55,810 bases of DNA from a bacterium (GTDB taxonomy: Bacteria; SZUA-182; DTGQ01; JAFGSM01). Of the stretch, positions 1 through 9,587 are shown in pieces; within the stretch, counting starts at the first letter, position 1, and the number at the start of each line of letters is the position of its first letter. The notes beneath the pieces are model-generated. The model had not been told where the DNA came from. It did no database searches and was given only the letters and a program-made list of their open reading frames with translations. The stretch spans positions 1 through 55,810 of the forward strand of contig JBLIRO010000032.1 of NCBI GenBank assembly GCA_049472335.1, read 5' to 3'. The translations under genes and the position numbers were made by a program.

Positions 1-682
1 AGTCTACACCATGAATGATACACTCTCCTAAAAGCCCTTGCTGATAAAAATGATACAGGATATACACGGTCAGGTTCACCATCTGGGTAAAGGTGAGTGA
101 AGAGCGAAACTTGCTCAGTTGGGTATGATCTATGATCCTGCTGCTATTTAAGGGCAACCCTATAAAGGCCCGATTCTGCTTTCTGTCTTTTCCCATGTAC
201 TCATTTGTACAGAATTTGCGATAACTGATCTCCGGATACTTAAGGGCCTTGAGTAGCTCTGCCCTAAGTAGATTATTGAGTAAAATTCCCCTCATAGAGG
301 GTGTATAACCCCTGTAGGAAAGAAGGTCATTAATAATGAGATCGTCCAATAGATTATCTATCACCCGTAACTCTTCGTCCCGGATATACGAGGGATGCCG
401 GGAATGGCTGCTTATCTTTATCAATTTGCTCCTGTTGAATCTGTCTATATACTTTGCCATTTCCTCTAGATTCATCATGCCTGGCGCTGGCATTTGCTCT
501 TCTATGCCGAGCAGTTCCTCTATGGGATCTGTAATGATTTGATTAAAATCATATAGCTTTATCACTTCTGCTGTTACCTTCCTGGATATTGCTTTTTTCT
601 TTTTTTTGCTAAGACGTTTCCAGTTTGGATACTGTTCCTTCAGTTGTTTTTTTACAAGCGATTTGATATGTTTGTGATGCAT
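1..682 (-). CDS. DDE transposase (IS4/IS5/IS1182-like), N-terminal part; runs off the window edge
   Basis: Manual translation from ATG at 682 (GGAGG RBS upstream): MHHKHIKSLVKKQLKEQYPNWKRL...RAELLKALKYPEISYRKFC...HGVD. The frame is open to position 2 and ends at the probable first catalytic Asp. Absent from the ORF track because there is no stop in the window. Confidence 0.8.
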   Translation of the reverse strand, partial: MHHKHIKSLVKKQLKEQYPNWKRLSKKKKKAISRKVTAEVIKLYDFNQIITDPIEELLGIEEQMPAPGMMNLEEMAKYIDRFNRSKLIKISSHSRHPSYIRDEELRVIDNLLDDLIINDLLSYRGYTPSMRGILLNNLLRAELLKALKYPEISYRKFCTNEYMGKDRKQNRAFIGLPLNSSRIIDHTQLSKFRSSLTFTQMVNLTVYILYHFYQQGLLGECIIHGVD

Positions 683-809
683 GAAAAATCCTCCGTATTT
701 TAGTATTGGATTTTGTTATTTTCTAATCTGAATCCATGCTATTATACAGGATTTTTCATGCTTAATCAATTGTTTTTTAAAGATATTTAGACTATTTTTT
801 CAACACCCT
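1..809 (-). mobile_element. Insertion sequence, one end
   Basis: Transposase ORF plus a terminal-IR-like AGGGTGTTGAAAAAA (reverse complement of 795-809). The other end is outside the window. Confidence 0.6.
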
Positions 810-836
810 TTTTTAATGTTTGAGGAGGAATTAAAG

Positions 837-2786
837 ATGAAAAAGATGACATTCCTTATCATGATTGGTTTTGTATTTATGATGTTTTCATTTGCCCTGG
901 CGGCTGATATACCTATGATGCTTAATTATCAGGGATATGTGGAGCATGGGAAGGAGGGAAACAGGGTTCCTTTTGATGGTAATGGCTTTTTTAAGTTTGC
1001 CATTGTAGATCCGAACGGCAATACAACTTACTGGTCGAATGATGGAACGAGCTCAAACGGAGATGAACCGGATAATGCGGTGATGATTCCTGTTACAATA
1101 GGAGTTTTTACAGTCAAGCTTGGGAATGCGTATATGACAAATATGTCTGCCCTGCCTACCCCTGTTTTTGACCATCAAAACATATATGTCAGGGTATGGT
1201 TTAGTGAAAATCATATTACGTTTGAACAATTGGCCCCGGATACACAGATTGTAAGCGCAGGATTTGCCTATAAGGCTCAGACAGCGCAAACAGCTCAGAC
1301 AGCAGAGAATCTGTCAGGTGTGGTCCTTGGGATCCCGGGTGGAGTAGCGACCCTGGATCAAAATGGTACAATTCCAAGCGCACAATTGCCTGGGATTAGT
1401 GTGGATACGGAAGATAATGTTGGCATTGGTACAAAAAATCCTGAGACAAAGCTAGATGTTTTTGGTGGAAATTTAAGAATTACAAGATATGGAAGTCCTA
1501 CACTCCAATTAAATAGCACATATCCTGAAGCTACAGCGTATTCATTACAAACAGGGAGATTTTCTAATAAGGATTTTGTAATTAATAGTACACATGGTGG
1601 TGATCATATTTATATCAATGACATAGGTAATGTCGGCATTGGCACAACGAGTCCTTCTGCATTATTAGATGTTAATGGTAAAATTATTAGTGAAGATTTG
1701 AGCACCAAATCTTTAAAAACAATTATTGATACTTATAGTACTTCAGTTCATAGAAAAATTAGATTGAATTGGTCTGGTGGATCAACCACCAATGGTTATG
1801 TTGGAACTTATTTGATTACGATGGGAGGAAGGGGTGATCATCAGCAAACAGCTTTTGCAACAGGTATTTTAACTATTAATAAGGCATATACAAGAGATCC
1901 TGAAATCAGATTTAGAATCTTGAGTGGTTATGGGGTATATATGGAGGAAGAAATTGTGACAGATACACAACTCGTGTTAGATTTCCATTTAAATTTATCT
2001 GAGCATAATAAATCTCATTATAGTGTACTAAAAATCTCAGGATCTGTAGGCTTATCAATGGATGACTTCTGGTCTGTTCAGGAGGAGGATGATAGTGAAT
2101 ATAATAATGGTGTTGGTGCAACAATGAGTGAGGGAGTTTTTATGAATGGCAACGTCGGTATAGGGACGATGAATCCAGGATTTAAACTTACTATAGATGG
2201 AGGAGATATAGCAGTAAACGGCAAGTTGTTTACTCAATATGGTGATGGAGCAGGTGAAGCCCTCATTGTAGGCAATGATAGCAAATTAGTTGATATTAAC
2301 GTAGCTAATACTTTATGTGTACAAGGTGTACAGGATACTACTATTGCTTCTATACTGTTGGGCAGTGAAGGAGGCGTAATCTCTGGTTATACTGGCAACA
2401 TCGGCATAGGCACGACAAGCCCTTCCCGTAAGTTAGATGTGGCAGGAAATGTTATTGCCAATGCTTATGAGAATCATAGTGATTCCCGCTTAAAAAAGAA
2501 TATTTTAGGTATAGATAATGCTCTTGATAAGGTTTTAGCACTTCGTGGTGTAGAGTTTGAATGGCGCATTGAAGAATATCCTGAAAAAAGATTTGCTGAA
2601 GGACGGAAGACTGGTCTCATTGCACAAGATGTTGAGCAGGTTATACCAGAAGTTGTTTCCACTGATAATGAGGGATATAAGTCGGTAGAGTATGGGAAAA
2701 TTGTTGGTGTGCTAATAGAAGCCATTAAAGCACAACAGGCCCAAATTGAAGAATTAAAAGCAAGAATAGAGGTATTAGAAAAATAG
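837..2786 (+). CDS. Secreted tail-fibre-like protein with GNVGIGT repeats and C-terminal peptidase S74 intramolecular chaperone domain
   Basis: GAGGAGG RBS before ATG 837; signal peptide MKKMTFL...ALA; LNYQG N-terminal domain; four N(V/I)GIGT repeats; SDSRLKKNI...GLIAQDVE...LIEAIK coiled-coil end. Confidence 0.85.
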   Translation: MKKMTFLIMIGFVFMMFSFALAADIPMMLNYQGYVEHGKEGNRVPFDGNGFFKFAIVDPNGNTTYWSNDGTSSNGDEPDNAVMIPVTIGVFTVKLGNAYMTNMSALPTPVFDHQNIYVRVWFSENHITFEQLAPDTQIVSAGFAYKAQTAQTAQTAENLSGVVLGIPGGVATLDQNGTIPSAQLPGISVDTEDNVGIGTKNPETKLDVFGGNLRITRYGSPTLQLNSTYPEATAYSLQTGRFSNKDFVINSTHGGDHIYINDIGNVGIGTTSPSALLDVNGKIISEDLSTKSLKTIIDTYSTSVHRKIRLNWSGGSTTNGYVGTYLITMGGRGDHQQTAFATGILTINKAYTRDPEIRFRILSGYGVYMEEEIVTDTQLVLDFHLNLSEHNKSHYSVLKISGSVGLSMDDFWSVQEEDDSEYNNGVGATMSEGVFMNGNVGIGTMNPGFKLTIDGGDIAVNGKLFTQYGDGAGEALIVGNDSKLVDINVANTLCVQGVQDTTIASILLGSEGGVISGYTGNIGIGTTSPSRKLDVAGNVIANAYENHSDSRLKKNILGIDNALDKVLALRGVEFEWRIEEYPEKRFAEGRKTGLIAQDVEQVIPEVVSTDNEGYKSVEYGKIVGVLIEAIKAQQAQIEELKARIEVLEK

Positions 2787-3028
2787 GATTTAAGCCCAGG
2801 GTTTTTAGGAAAATGCCCATTTTTTCAGAAAGTTTTACTAACATAATTGATGACGGCTTAATAGAAGACAATTTTATATTTTTCAATAAGTATTATAGAG
2901 GATACTGTGAAAGGTTTCTGTAGAAAAATTGATGTGGAAGAATTGGGATCAAAAATTGGGAAGGAGTTTACGATTTCTCTTAGCTAATTGTGGAATATTA
3001 GGGGACGACATGCCACAATAAAGGAAAG

Positions 3029-3110
3029 ACGGCAAGGGGGCCAACTCTATTTTGGGCTCCAATAAGATATTGAGATCAACAATGATTATTTGTTATTAAT
3101 ATTACTAAAA
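3029..3110 (+). repeat. Imperfect ~85-bp direct repeat, copy 1
   Basis: acggcaagggggccaactct...ccaataagatattgagatcaacaatgattatttgttattaatattactaa aligns with 4161-4248. Confidence 0.7.
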
Positions 3111-3118
3111 CCCGAACC

Positions 3119-3547
3119 TTAATTACTTTTTTTATTTTCCCTAATCCTCAGATATTCATCTGCATTACAAACTATAAGGTCAGTCTTTTTATAGTCTTTT
3201 TTATTTCTTGTTATAAGATAATTGATCCCATTCTCTTTTGCCGTATAATATTGTATAGCATCTTCGAAATCGTTGAATTCAGAGAGAAGGGCTAATTCTA
3301 TTATTTTATCATCGATAGGCAGTATCTTAACTAATAGCTTTAATTTATGAAGATTCTTAATAGCCATTTCCTTTGATGTCAATTTGCGTAATATGTAATA
3401 GAGGTTTGAGAAAATTAACGGCGAAACATAAGCTGTGATTTCTCCCGAATCTATTAAAGTAAAAAGTCCGGCAGCATAAGTAAAAAAAGGTTCTCTTTTG
3501 CCCAAAAGGTCTAGAATAACATCTGAATCAATGTATATTTTTTCCAT
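3119..3547 (-). CDS. PIN-domain (VapC-like) toxin
   Basis: IYIDSDVILD, DFEDAIQY and ITRNKKDY motifs; overlaps the upstream antitoxin by 1 nt. Confidence 0.9.
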   Translation of the reverse strand: MEKIYIDSDVILDLLGKREPFFTYAAGLFTLIDSGEITAYVSPLIFSNLYYILRKLTSKEMAIKNLHKLKLLVKILPIDDKIIELALLSEFNDFEDAIQYYTAKENGINYLITRNKKDYKKTDLIVCNADEYLRIRENKKSN

Positions 3548-3795
3548 TATTTATATTTATCAATCAGATAATGGGTATATTCATCCTTAATATCTGAATC
3601 GCTTTTAAGATTAATAATACCAGACAATTCTTTTATAAGGGGGGAATAGTCAGCTTTTTCATTTCTTTCCTCATATGTCAGGGATTTGAAATACTTCTCC
3701 ACAATCTTTGATAGGCTTATATGCCTTTTCCCTGCGTACTTTTTGGCACGTTCAATAATTTCTTTATCAAGTTTTAGCGTAAGTTTTGTGACCAT
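3547..3795 (-). CDS. DUF6364-type (RHH-like) antitoxin
   Basis: TKLTLKLDKEIIERAKKYA...SLSKIVEKYF; AAGGAG RBS; coupled to the PIN gene. Confidence 0.85.
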   Translation of the reverse strand: MVTKLTLKLDKEIIERAKKYAGKRHISLSKIVEKYFKSLTYEERNEKADYSPLIKELSGIINLKSDSDIKDEYTHYLIDKYK

Positions 3796-3808
3796 AATAA
3801 TTTCTCCT

Positions 3809-3848
3809 TGTACGTATAAAAATTAACATAAAAGTACGCATATGTCAA
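3809..3848 (-). promoter_or_regulatory. Sigma70 promoter with repeated operator-like boxes for the TA operon
   Basis: TTGACA-17 nt-TAATTT on the minus strand, with two T(A/G)CGTAC boxes, one in the spacer and one downstream. Confidence 0.5.
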
Positions 3849-3914
3849 ATTGCAATATATATTTATATTATGTAAGCTGTAATCCCAGATTTTAAGAGAA
3901 ATAATATTGTGTTT

Positions 3915-3974
3915 TTAAACATTATCCATAATCTTTAAACATTTTGCCTTAAATTGGTCTGCTGCTATCTTCAT
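3915..3974 (-). pseudogene. Truncated Phd/YefM-type antitoxin remnant
   Basis: AGGAGG RBS, then MKIAADQFKAKCLKIMDNV*. The FKAKCL motif is typical of Phd antitoxin N-termini; stop after 19 codons. Confidence 0.65.
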
Positions 3975-4160
3975 AGCAAACCTCCTTATTGTTACTATAA
4001 AATATTACTATGGTCAGAAAAAAAGTCAAAAAAAATGTTAAATTTAAACCAGTCAGCCATTTACCAATATCCATCTTCAAAGCAAGATTAGAAGATTGAG
4101 GTCAGATTGAAAGGTTGGGGTCTTTGATTATAAGGTTTTTATTGCCCAGAATTTATACAA

Positions 4161-4248
4161 ACGGCGAAGGGGCCAATTCTGCCCTGGCCCCAATAACCCA
4201 ATAAAATATTGACAAAAACAACGATTGTTTGCTAATAATAGTACTAAT
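4161..4248 (+). repeat. Imperfect ~85-bp direct repeat, copy 2
   Basis: acggcgaaggggccaattct...ccaataaaatattgacaaaaacaacgattgtttgctaataatagtactaa matches 3029-3110. Confidence 0.7.
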
Positions 4249-4465
4249 AGATATCCCTTCGTAAAAAAATACCTTGCCATCTTAGTTTTGTATGATGTTT
4301 TAATGTGTTAATAATTAAAGTTTTGAGGTCTATTATGCAAACATAAAACAAATTTTCCATTCCTAATGATTTTATCCTTTCAAATCCTTTCAGGCAGTTC
4401 CTTAAAACAAGTGGAGAAAACTTCGATAAGCCTTATTCATTTCAATTTCAATAAAGAGATAATAT

Positions 4466-4531
4466 TTCACCACAGAGGCACGGAGGCACTGAGATATTAT
4501 TTTCTCTGTGTCTCTGTGCCTCAGTGGTGAA
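4466..4531. repeat. REP-like palindrome
   Basis: ttcaccacagaggcacggag...ctctgtgcctcagtggtgaa, a long imperfect GC-rich inverted repeat in an AT-rich spacer. Confidence 0.75.
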
Positions 4532-4773
4532 CTGAATTTTTATAACTGTTAGTAGTAAAACGATATTATTATTTTTCTAACATTGTTATAACTAACTGTT
4601 TTTTAAATTAATTTAAATCAAAATTGTTAGAAAAAATATAACAAGACATTTTTTTCTTATAAAATAATTTTAAACAAAACTTGCAAAGTACCCTTTATCT
4701 AAGTTATAATTTGTTTATCTAATATGCACTTACATCCCGCAAAGATTATATTCTCACTTCTGACCGGACCCGT

Positions 4774-4838
4774 TCATACTTGGTACATTATTTGATTATC
4801 TTAAACTTACTCATAGTTGGCACATTATTTGTTTATCT
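4774..4838 (+). promoter_or_regulatory. Tandem sigma54-like -24/-12 boxes upstream of the Ser/Thr kinase
   Basis: TTGGTACATTATTTGA and TTGGCACATTATTTGT in a 37-bp-period repeat; both deviate from consensus at -12. Confidence 0.45.
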
Positions 4839-5119
4839 AAAAAATAGGAAATAGAAAAGTAAGAATAATTCTTTAACCATTTTATCCGTCAAGACCTATA
4901 AAAGGTAATTTGACCATATCCGGATATTATCAGAAAGCGGGTGGATTTAAAGATTCCCAGGGTCCAAAAAAATTATAGATATAACATATTATAACCTTTG
5001 CTAAAAATATAATTAAATCTTAAAAATCAAATAATAAGAATATAAAATTTGTAATATTTAATAATAGAAGATATATATATTATTATAGGATATAAATCCA
5101 ATTATGTTGTTTAGAGGTT

Positions 5120-6853
5120 TTGATGTCGATTCATGAGTTGGGCTTAACATCCATAAGATGGACTAAGGAGCTCTCAACAAATATTTTCATAAAGGCAAGG
5201 AATTGGTTTTTTGAAATTGAATTCCTTCAGCGCAATAGAAAAAAAATAGCTCTGTTCCTTTTGATTTGGTTGTTAAGTTCGATTGCCTTCTATTTGATTT
5301 TTAGAGGTGCTGTCGGACGATTAAAAAATGATTATTATCAACGAGGAATCTCAGCCACCCGAAACCTTGCTACAAATACAGGTGCATTCCTTTTAGAAAA
5401 GGATGTATTGGCTCTAAATGTAGCAATTGGAGAGGTTTCTGGCAATGCAGATTTAATTTTTGCCGCAATTGTTGATCATCAAGATAAAATTTTGGCCCAC
5501 ACCGATTCTGATTTTCTAAATAAACCTTTTAGCCCTCTAAAGGATACAGAACACATAGGCGACTTTGAAAAGGTCACAGTTGAGGATGGAGTTTTGTACA
5601 ATAAAAAAATAAACAGCTTTTCTTCAGAAATAACTTATGCGGGCATAAAGGTTGGCAAAGCGTATTTAATATTATCCGCCTCTGAACTATACAATTCCAT
5701 GAGTAAGTATAAGAACTTATTTATCCTCTGGATTTTTTTCAGTTTTTTCATGCTAACAGCAATATTATTAACAGTGGATCATGCCTCTGTAGCAAGGACG
5801 TTAAAGAGACAAAAGGAATTGGAAGGAATTACCCGCTTAGGTCCCTATATATTACAGAAAAAATTGGCATCAGGGGGGATGGCAGAGCTATTTATAGCTG
5901 ATTATGTGCGTGAGGACAATTTTCGAAAAACCCTTGCTGTGAAAAGAGTACTACCTCATCTTGCTGAGAAACCGGAATTTACTGAGATGTTTATCCGCGA
6001 GGCAAGATTGGCGGCGCTATTACAACATCCTAACATTGTCCAGGTGTTTGATTTTGGTAAGATTAATGACATTTATTTTATTGCCATGGAATATATCCAC
6101 GGGAAAAATCTGAGTGAAATTATGACCAACTTAAGGAAAGGTATGGCCGTGGATCAGGCAATTTTTATTATTTCCAAGATTTGTTTGGGGCTTGAGTACT
6201 CGCATTCCAAAAAAAACGACAAATCCGGAAAGCCGTTGGGTATAGTCCATCGAGATATAAGCCCCCAGAATATCCTTATCTCTTTTACAGGGGAGATTAA
6301 AATAAGCGATTTTGGGATCTCAAAATCAAGATCAGAGCCTAGTTTGACTCAACCCGGTGTAATTAAAGGGAAATATTCCTATCTTTCTCCGGAAGAAGCC
6401 TTGGGAAAACCGGTTGATCATCAGACTGACATTTTTGCCCTGGGCATAGTCTTTTACGAAATATTATCAGGGACAAGATTATATAAATTTGATAATCCTG
6501 CTGATTCATTAAGATCAATTCCGGAAAAAACAATAGTTCCCATTAAAGAGTTAAGGCCGGATATTCCGGAAGGATTGAACAAAATTGTAATGAAATGCCT
6601 GGAAAAAGATAAAAAAATCAGGTATCAAAGCGCTAATGAAATCTATAGGGACCTGATAAGCCTAAGAAAGGGTCTAAAAATAGCCTACGATGATTCAAAT
6701 CTTTCAGAGTTCATGCAGAATCTCTTCAAGGAAGACGATAACAAGGCCACGGAAAAATCTAATCACGATTCAAATCATTCAGACTTTATGCGCAATCTCT
6801 TCAAGAAAGAAGAGAGCAAGAACATAAAAAAATCTAAACATATTAATATCTGA
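5120..6853 (+). CDS. Membrane-anchored Hanks-type Ser/Thr protein kinase with extracytoplasmic sensor domain
   Basis: Two TM segments flanking a ~140-aa domain; GGMAEL, AVK, HRDISPQN, DFG and SPE motifs. Confidence 0.92.
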   Translation: MMSIHELGLTSIRWTKELSTNIFIKARNWFFEIEFLQRNRKKIALFLLIWLLSSIAFYLIFRGAVGRLKNDYYQRGISATRNLATNTGAFLLEKDVLALNVAIGEVSGNADLIFAAIVDHQDKILAHTDSDFLNKPFSPLKDTEHIGDFEKVTVEDGVLYNKKINSFSSEITYAGIKVGKAYLILSASELYNSMSKYKNLFILWIFFSFFMLTAILLTVDHASVARTLKRQKELEGITRLGPYILQKKLASGGMAELFIADYVREDNFRKTLAVKRVLPHLAEKPEFTEMFIREARLAALLQHPNIVQVFDFGKINDIYFIAMEYIHGKNLSEIMTNLRKGMAVDQAIFIISKICLGLEYSHSKKNDKSGKPLGIVHRDISPQNILISFTGEIKISDFGISKSRSEPSLTQPGVIKGKYSYLSPEEALGKPVDHQTDIFALGIVFYEILSGTRLYKFDNPADSLRSIPEKTIVPIKELRPDIPEGLNKIVMKCLEKDKKIRYQSANEIYRDLISLRKGLKIAYDDSNLSEFMQNLFKEDDNKATEKSNHDSNHSDFMRNLFKKEESKNIKKSKHINI

Positions 6854-6894
6854 TTTATCAGACCTCTGTTTGACTATGGTTGCTCTTATATAAC

Positions 6895-8307
6895 TTAGTG
6901 AATTTCATAACTTTTTTGTATTTCTTCCAATTTTTTTAAAAGTGTTTTCACCTTATTGATATTTTGCTCTACTCCCTTGTATTCAGGGTCAATAGCCAGT
7001 ACCATTTCCCACTCCCTGAGGGCTTCTGTCAATTTTTCTTCTCTAAAATAAGAAATGCCTTTGGCATAATGGAAGTCCTTATAAGCGTCTTCAGTCTTTT
7101 TTAAATATTCATTACATTTTTCACAGTCACTATTATATTGAAGAGACGATTCAAACTCTTTTTTGGCGGATAGATAGTCTTGTTTCATAAATAATAGCAT
7201 GGCTTGTTGAAAATGTGATTTGTATAGGTATTCAAGTGCGGTTTCATTATCAGAATTTACATTAACAAATTTATTAAATTCAACAATTGCTTCCTGATAT
7301 TTGGATTCGTTGAATAGATTTATACCTTGCTCTAAATACATTCTTAATACTTCTGCTTCTTCATGAATTTCTTCCTTCTCTTCCTCATTCTTCTTTTCTT
7401 CTACCACTCCTACCCAATCCGTTTCACTTGTAAGTTTATTTTTTTGGTCTTGTTTTATATCATCTTCCAGCTTACCCACATCAGCTTTGCTAACCTGTTT
7501 TATTTCTTCCTTCTTTTCTATCTTTTCTTCCTGTTTACCCAGATCCGGTACGATGACAGTAACAATCTCTTCATCCTGTGCTATCTCGTCTTCCGGTTTA
7601 CCCGAATCGGGAAGGATAACAGTAACAATCTCTTCCTCCTGTTCTATCTCATCTTCCGGTTTGCGCACATCAGCTTTGCTAACCTGTTTGATTTTTGCCT
7701 CATGTGTTTCCGCAAAGAAAGGCAAGCCCTCAATCTCATTGATTATAATCTTCTGACCGACCTTTACTCTTGTTGGATCAGGAATTCCATTGTATTCAGC
7801 TATCGTAGTAAAATGATGATAATCTCCATAATACCTCTTAGCTAGCTTTGCAAGGGTGTCTCCCGGTTTTATCACATATTCGACATATTTTTGAGCCTGG
7901 GTTCTTTTCCGGCTAGAAAGCATCTTGATTGCTTCAGGATGATCTGGCCAAAGTCTTAAAGTCAATAAAAACTTTTGACGTGCATTGCGATAGTCCCCTT
8001 TCCTGAGAAATTGAAGTCCCGCTTGAAAACTGTTTTCCGCTAAATTGCGTAATTCTCTACCCAATCGTTTAACGTTCTTATTGGCCATCTGATTCTGAGG
8101 ATCTATAGTGAGGGCCAGTTTGTATTGAGTCCAGGCATTTAACATATCTTTTTTGGTTTCATAATACCTGCCTTTGTGCAGATATGTATTTACCATTTTT
8201 ACTTTTTCATCTGTTGAAATTTCTATTAGTTTTTGAACAGGGGTAGTACATCCGTATACCGCTATTATCATAAAAACAATCCATATAGATGTCCTTTTTT
8301 TGTTCAT
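6895..8307 (-). CDS. LysM- and TPR-containing lipoprotein
   Basis: Lipobox-like VYGC; TPR helices; LysM YVIKPGDTLAKLAKRYYG...IAEYNGI; acidic repeat linker. Confidence 0.85.
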   Translation of the reverse strand: MNKKRTSIWIVFMIIAVYGCTTPVQKLIEISTDEKVKMVNTYLHKGRYYETKKDMLNAWTQYKLALTIDPQNQMANKNVKRLGRELRNLAENSFQAGLQFLRKGDYRNARQKFLLTLRLWPDHPEAIKMLSSRKRTQAQKYVEYVIKPGDTLAKLAKRYYGDYHHFTTIAEYNGIPDPTRVKVGQKIIINEIEGLPFFAETHEAKIKQVSKADVRKPEDEIEQEEEIVTVILPDSGKPEDEIAQDEEIVTVIVPDLGKQEEKIEKKEEIKQVSKADVGKLEDDIKQDQKNKLTSETDWVGVVEEKKNEEEKEEIHEEAEVLRMYLEQGINLFNESKYQEAIVEFNKFVNVNSDNETALEYLYKSHFQQAMLLFMKQDYLSAKKEFESSLQYNSDCEKCNEYLKKTEDAYKDFHYAKGISYFREEKLTEALREWEMVLAIDPEYKGVEQNINKVKTLLKKLEEIQKSYEIH

Positions 8308-8325
8308 AATAAAGTCATTAACCTT

Positions 8326-9318
8326 TTAAAACTCTTCAAAGGTCTTTAATCTTGAAATAAATGTCTCCATATCCCTCTTTAGCATCTGATTTCTTTTCAA
8401 GGCCAAGGGATCAGCAAAAAAAGGGTTGCTCCCCCTTTCCACGGAGACACCAAGTTTGTAATTCAATTTCTCACAGATAGATAGAATATCTGTGTTATAA
8501 CGTCCATAAGGAAATGCCAAAAAAATGGTATTTTGCCTTAGCTCTTTATCTATGATATTTTTTGATACAAGGAGTTCTTTTTCAATCCTGGATGTGTAAG
8601 CCTGATCATTTTCCCCCTTCCTCCTCTTGGTCAGATCACAATGAGATACAGTATGCGCACCAATCTCGAATCCCTCATTCTTTAGTTTTCTTAGTTGATC
8701 CCATGTAATGGCGTTGTCAGAAATACCGATGAAGTCAGTATATATGAAGAGTGATGCCGTAAAGCCGTATTTTTTAAGGATAGGGTATGCTATGTCATAT
8801 ACGGATTGATAGCCGTCATCTACAGTAATCACGACAGATTTCCTGGGAAGCGGATGGCGATAATTAACAAAATCAAGAAGCTCTTTAAGGCTTATGCCTC
8901 GATAACCATTTGTTTTTAAGTAATTCATTTGTTTATCAAAAATATGAGTGGGCACACAGAGAAGATTGTCGCACTTTTCAGAGAAGCGATGGTATGAAAG
9001 AATAGGCACAACCTGAAAACCCTTTGTGGTGACGCCTCCGATATTTCTCTCTTTCAAAGGGATAACAATGATTTCACCACTTTTAAAATTTATTTTTTCA
9101 TTGAAATCTTCTATCATCCATGACTTTTCCCTGTCCCCTAAAAACCTTTCAGCTAATATTTCCGGGGTTTCCTCTTTTTGAAGTTCATAAATAATATATT
9201 CATCTGATTTGAAAATCATGGGTGCTCTCTGTGGAGCCAGTGTAGCACAGGAAGAGAGAATAAAGAGTCCCATCCCCAATATAAAGAAAATAATCGCCGA
9301 TTTTTTGAATTTATTCAC
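8326..9318 (-). CDS. Polysaccharide deacetylase (CE4) lipoprotein with LysM-like N-domain
   Basis: LSSC lipobox; ILSYHRF, ITVDDGY, HTVSH and AFPYG motifs. Confidence 0.9.
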   Translation of the reverse strand: MNKFKKSAIIFFILGMGLFILSSCATLAPQRAPMIFKSDEYIIYELQKEETPEILAERFLGDREKSWMIEDFNEKINFKSGEIIVIPLKERNIGGVTTKGFQVVPILSYHRFSEKCDNLLCVPTHIFDKQMNYLKTNGYRGISLKELLDFVNYRHPLPRKSVVITVDDGYQSVYDIAYPILKKYGFTASLFIYTDFIGISDNAITWDQLRKLKNEGFEIGAHTVSHCDLTKRRKGENDQAYTSRIEKELLVSKNIIDKELRQNTIFLAFPYGRYNTDILSICEKLNYKLGVSVERGSNPFFADPLALKRNQMLKRDMETFISRLKTFEEF

Positions 9319-9440
9319 TTCATTCTCCTTGCCATGGACTTCGGTCTTTTTTCCATGGTTAGATATAAGATCAGACGATTAACAGCTTTGAAAATATAAT
9401 GAGTTTACGAGTTTTTGATAGTGCCAGATGATAAACCGTT

Positions 9441-9530
9441 AACGAGAGTCCGTTTCTAATTAGAACTATTTAAATAATACAGTATGATAAGCTATTAATG
9501 AGAGTTCGTTTCTAATTAAAATATATATTA
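9441..9530 (+). repeat. Direct repeat pair upstream of the deacetylase operon
   Basis: gagagtccgtttctaatta and gagagttcgtttctaatta about 56 bp apart. Confidence 0.55.
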
Positions 9531-9547
9531 AAACCCGCCATATGTCA

Positions 9548-9577
9548 ATCTCTCTATAAAGTATCTCTCTATAAAGT
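9548..9577 (+). repeat. Exact 15-bp tandem duplication
   Basis: atctctctataaagt x2. Confidence 0.8.
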
Positions 9578-9587
9578 ATATTAAACA

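Noticed and set aside
336..542. 68-aa plus-strand ORF
   Set aside because: Antisense to the transposase frame.
837..2786. Prophage or DGR target
   Set aside because: No phage structural genes, reverse transcriptase or TR/VR pair in the window; the protein has a signal peptide.
2907..2987. 26-codon GTG ORF with RBS-like AGAGG
   Set aside because: Too short and no confident homology; at most a gene remnant.
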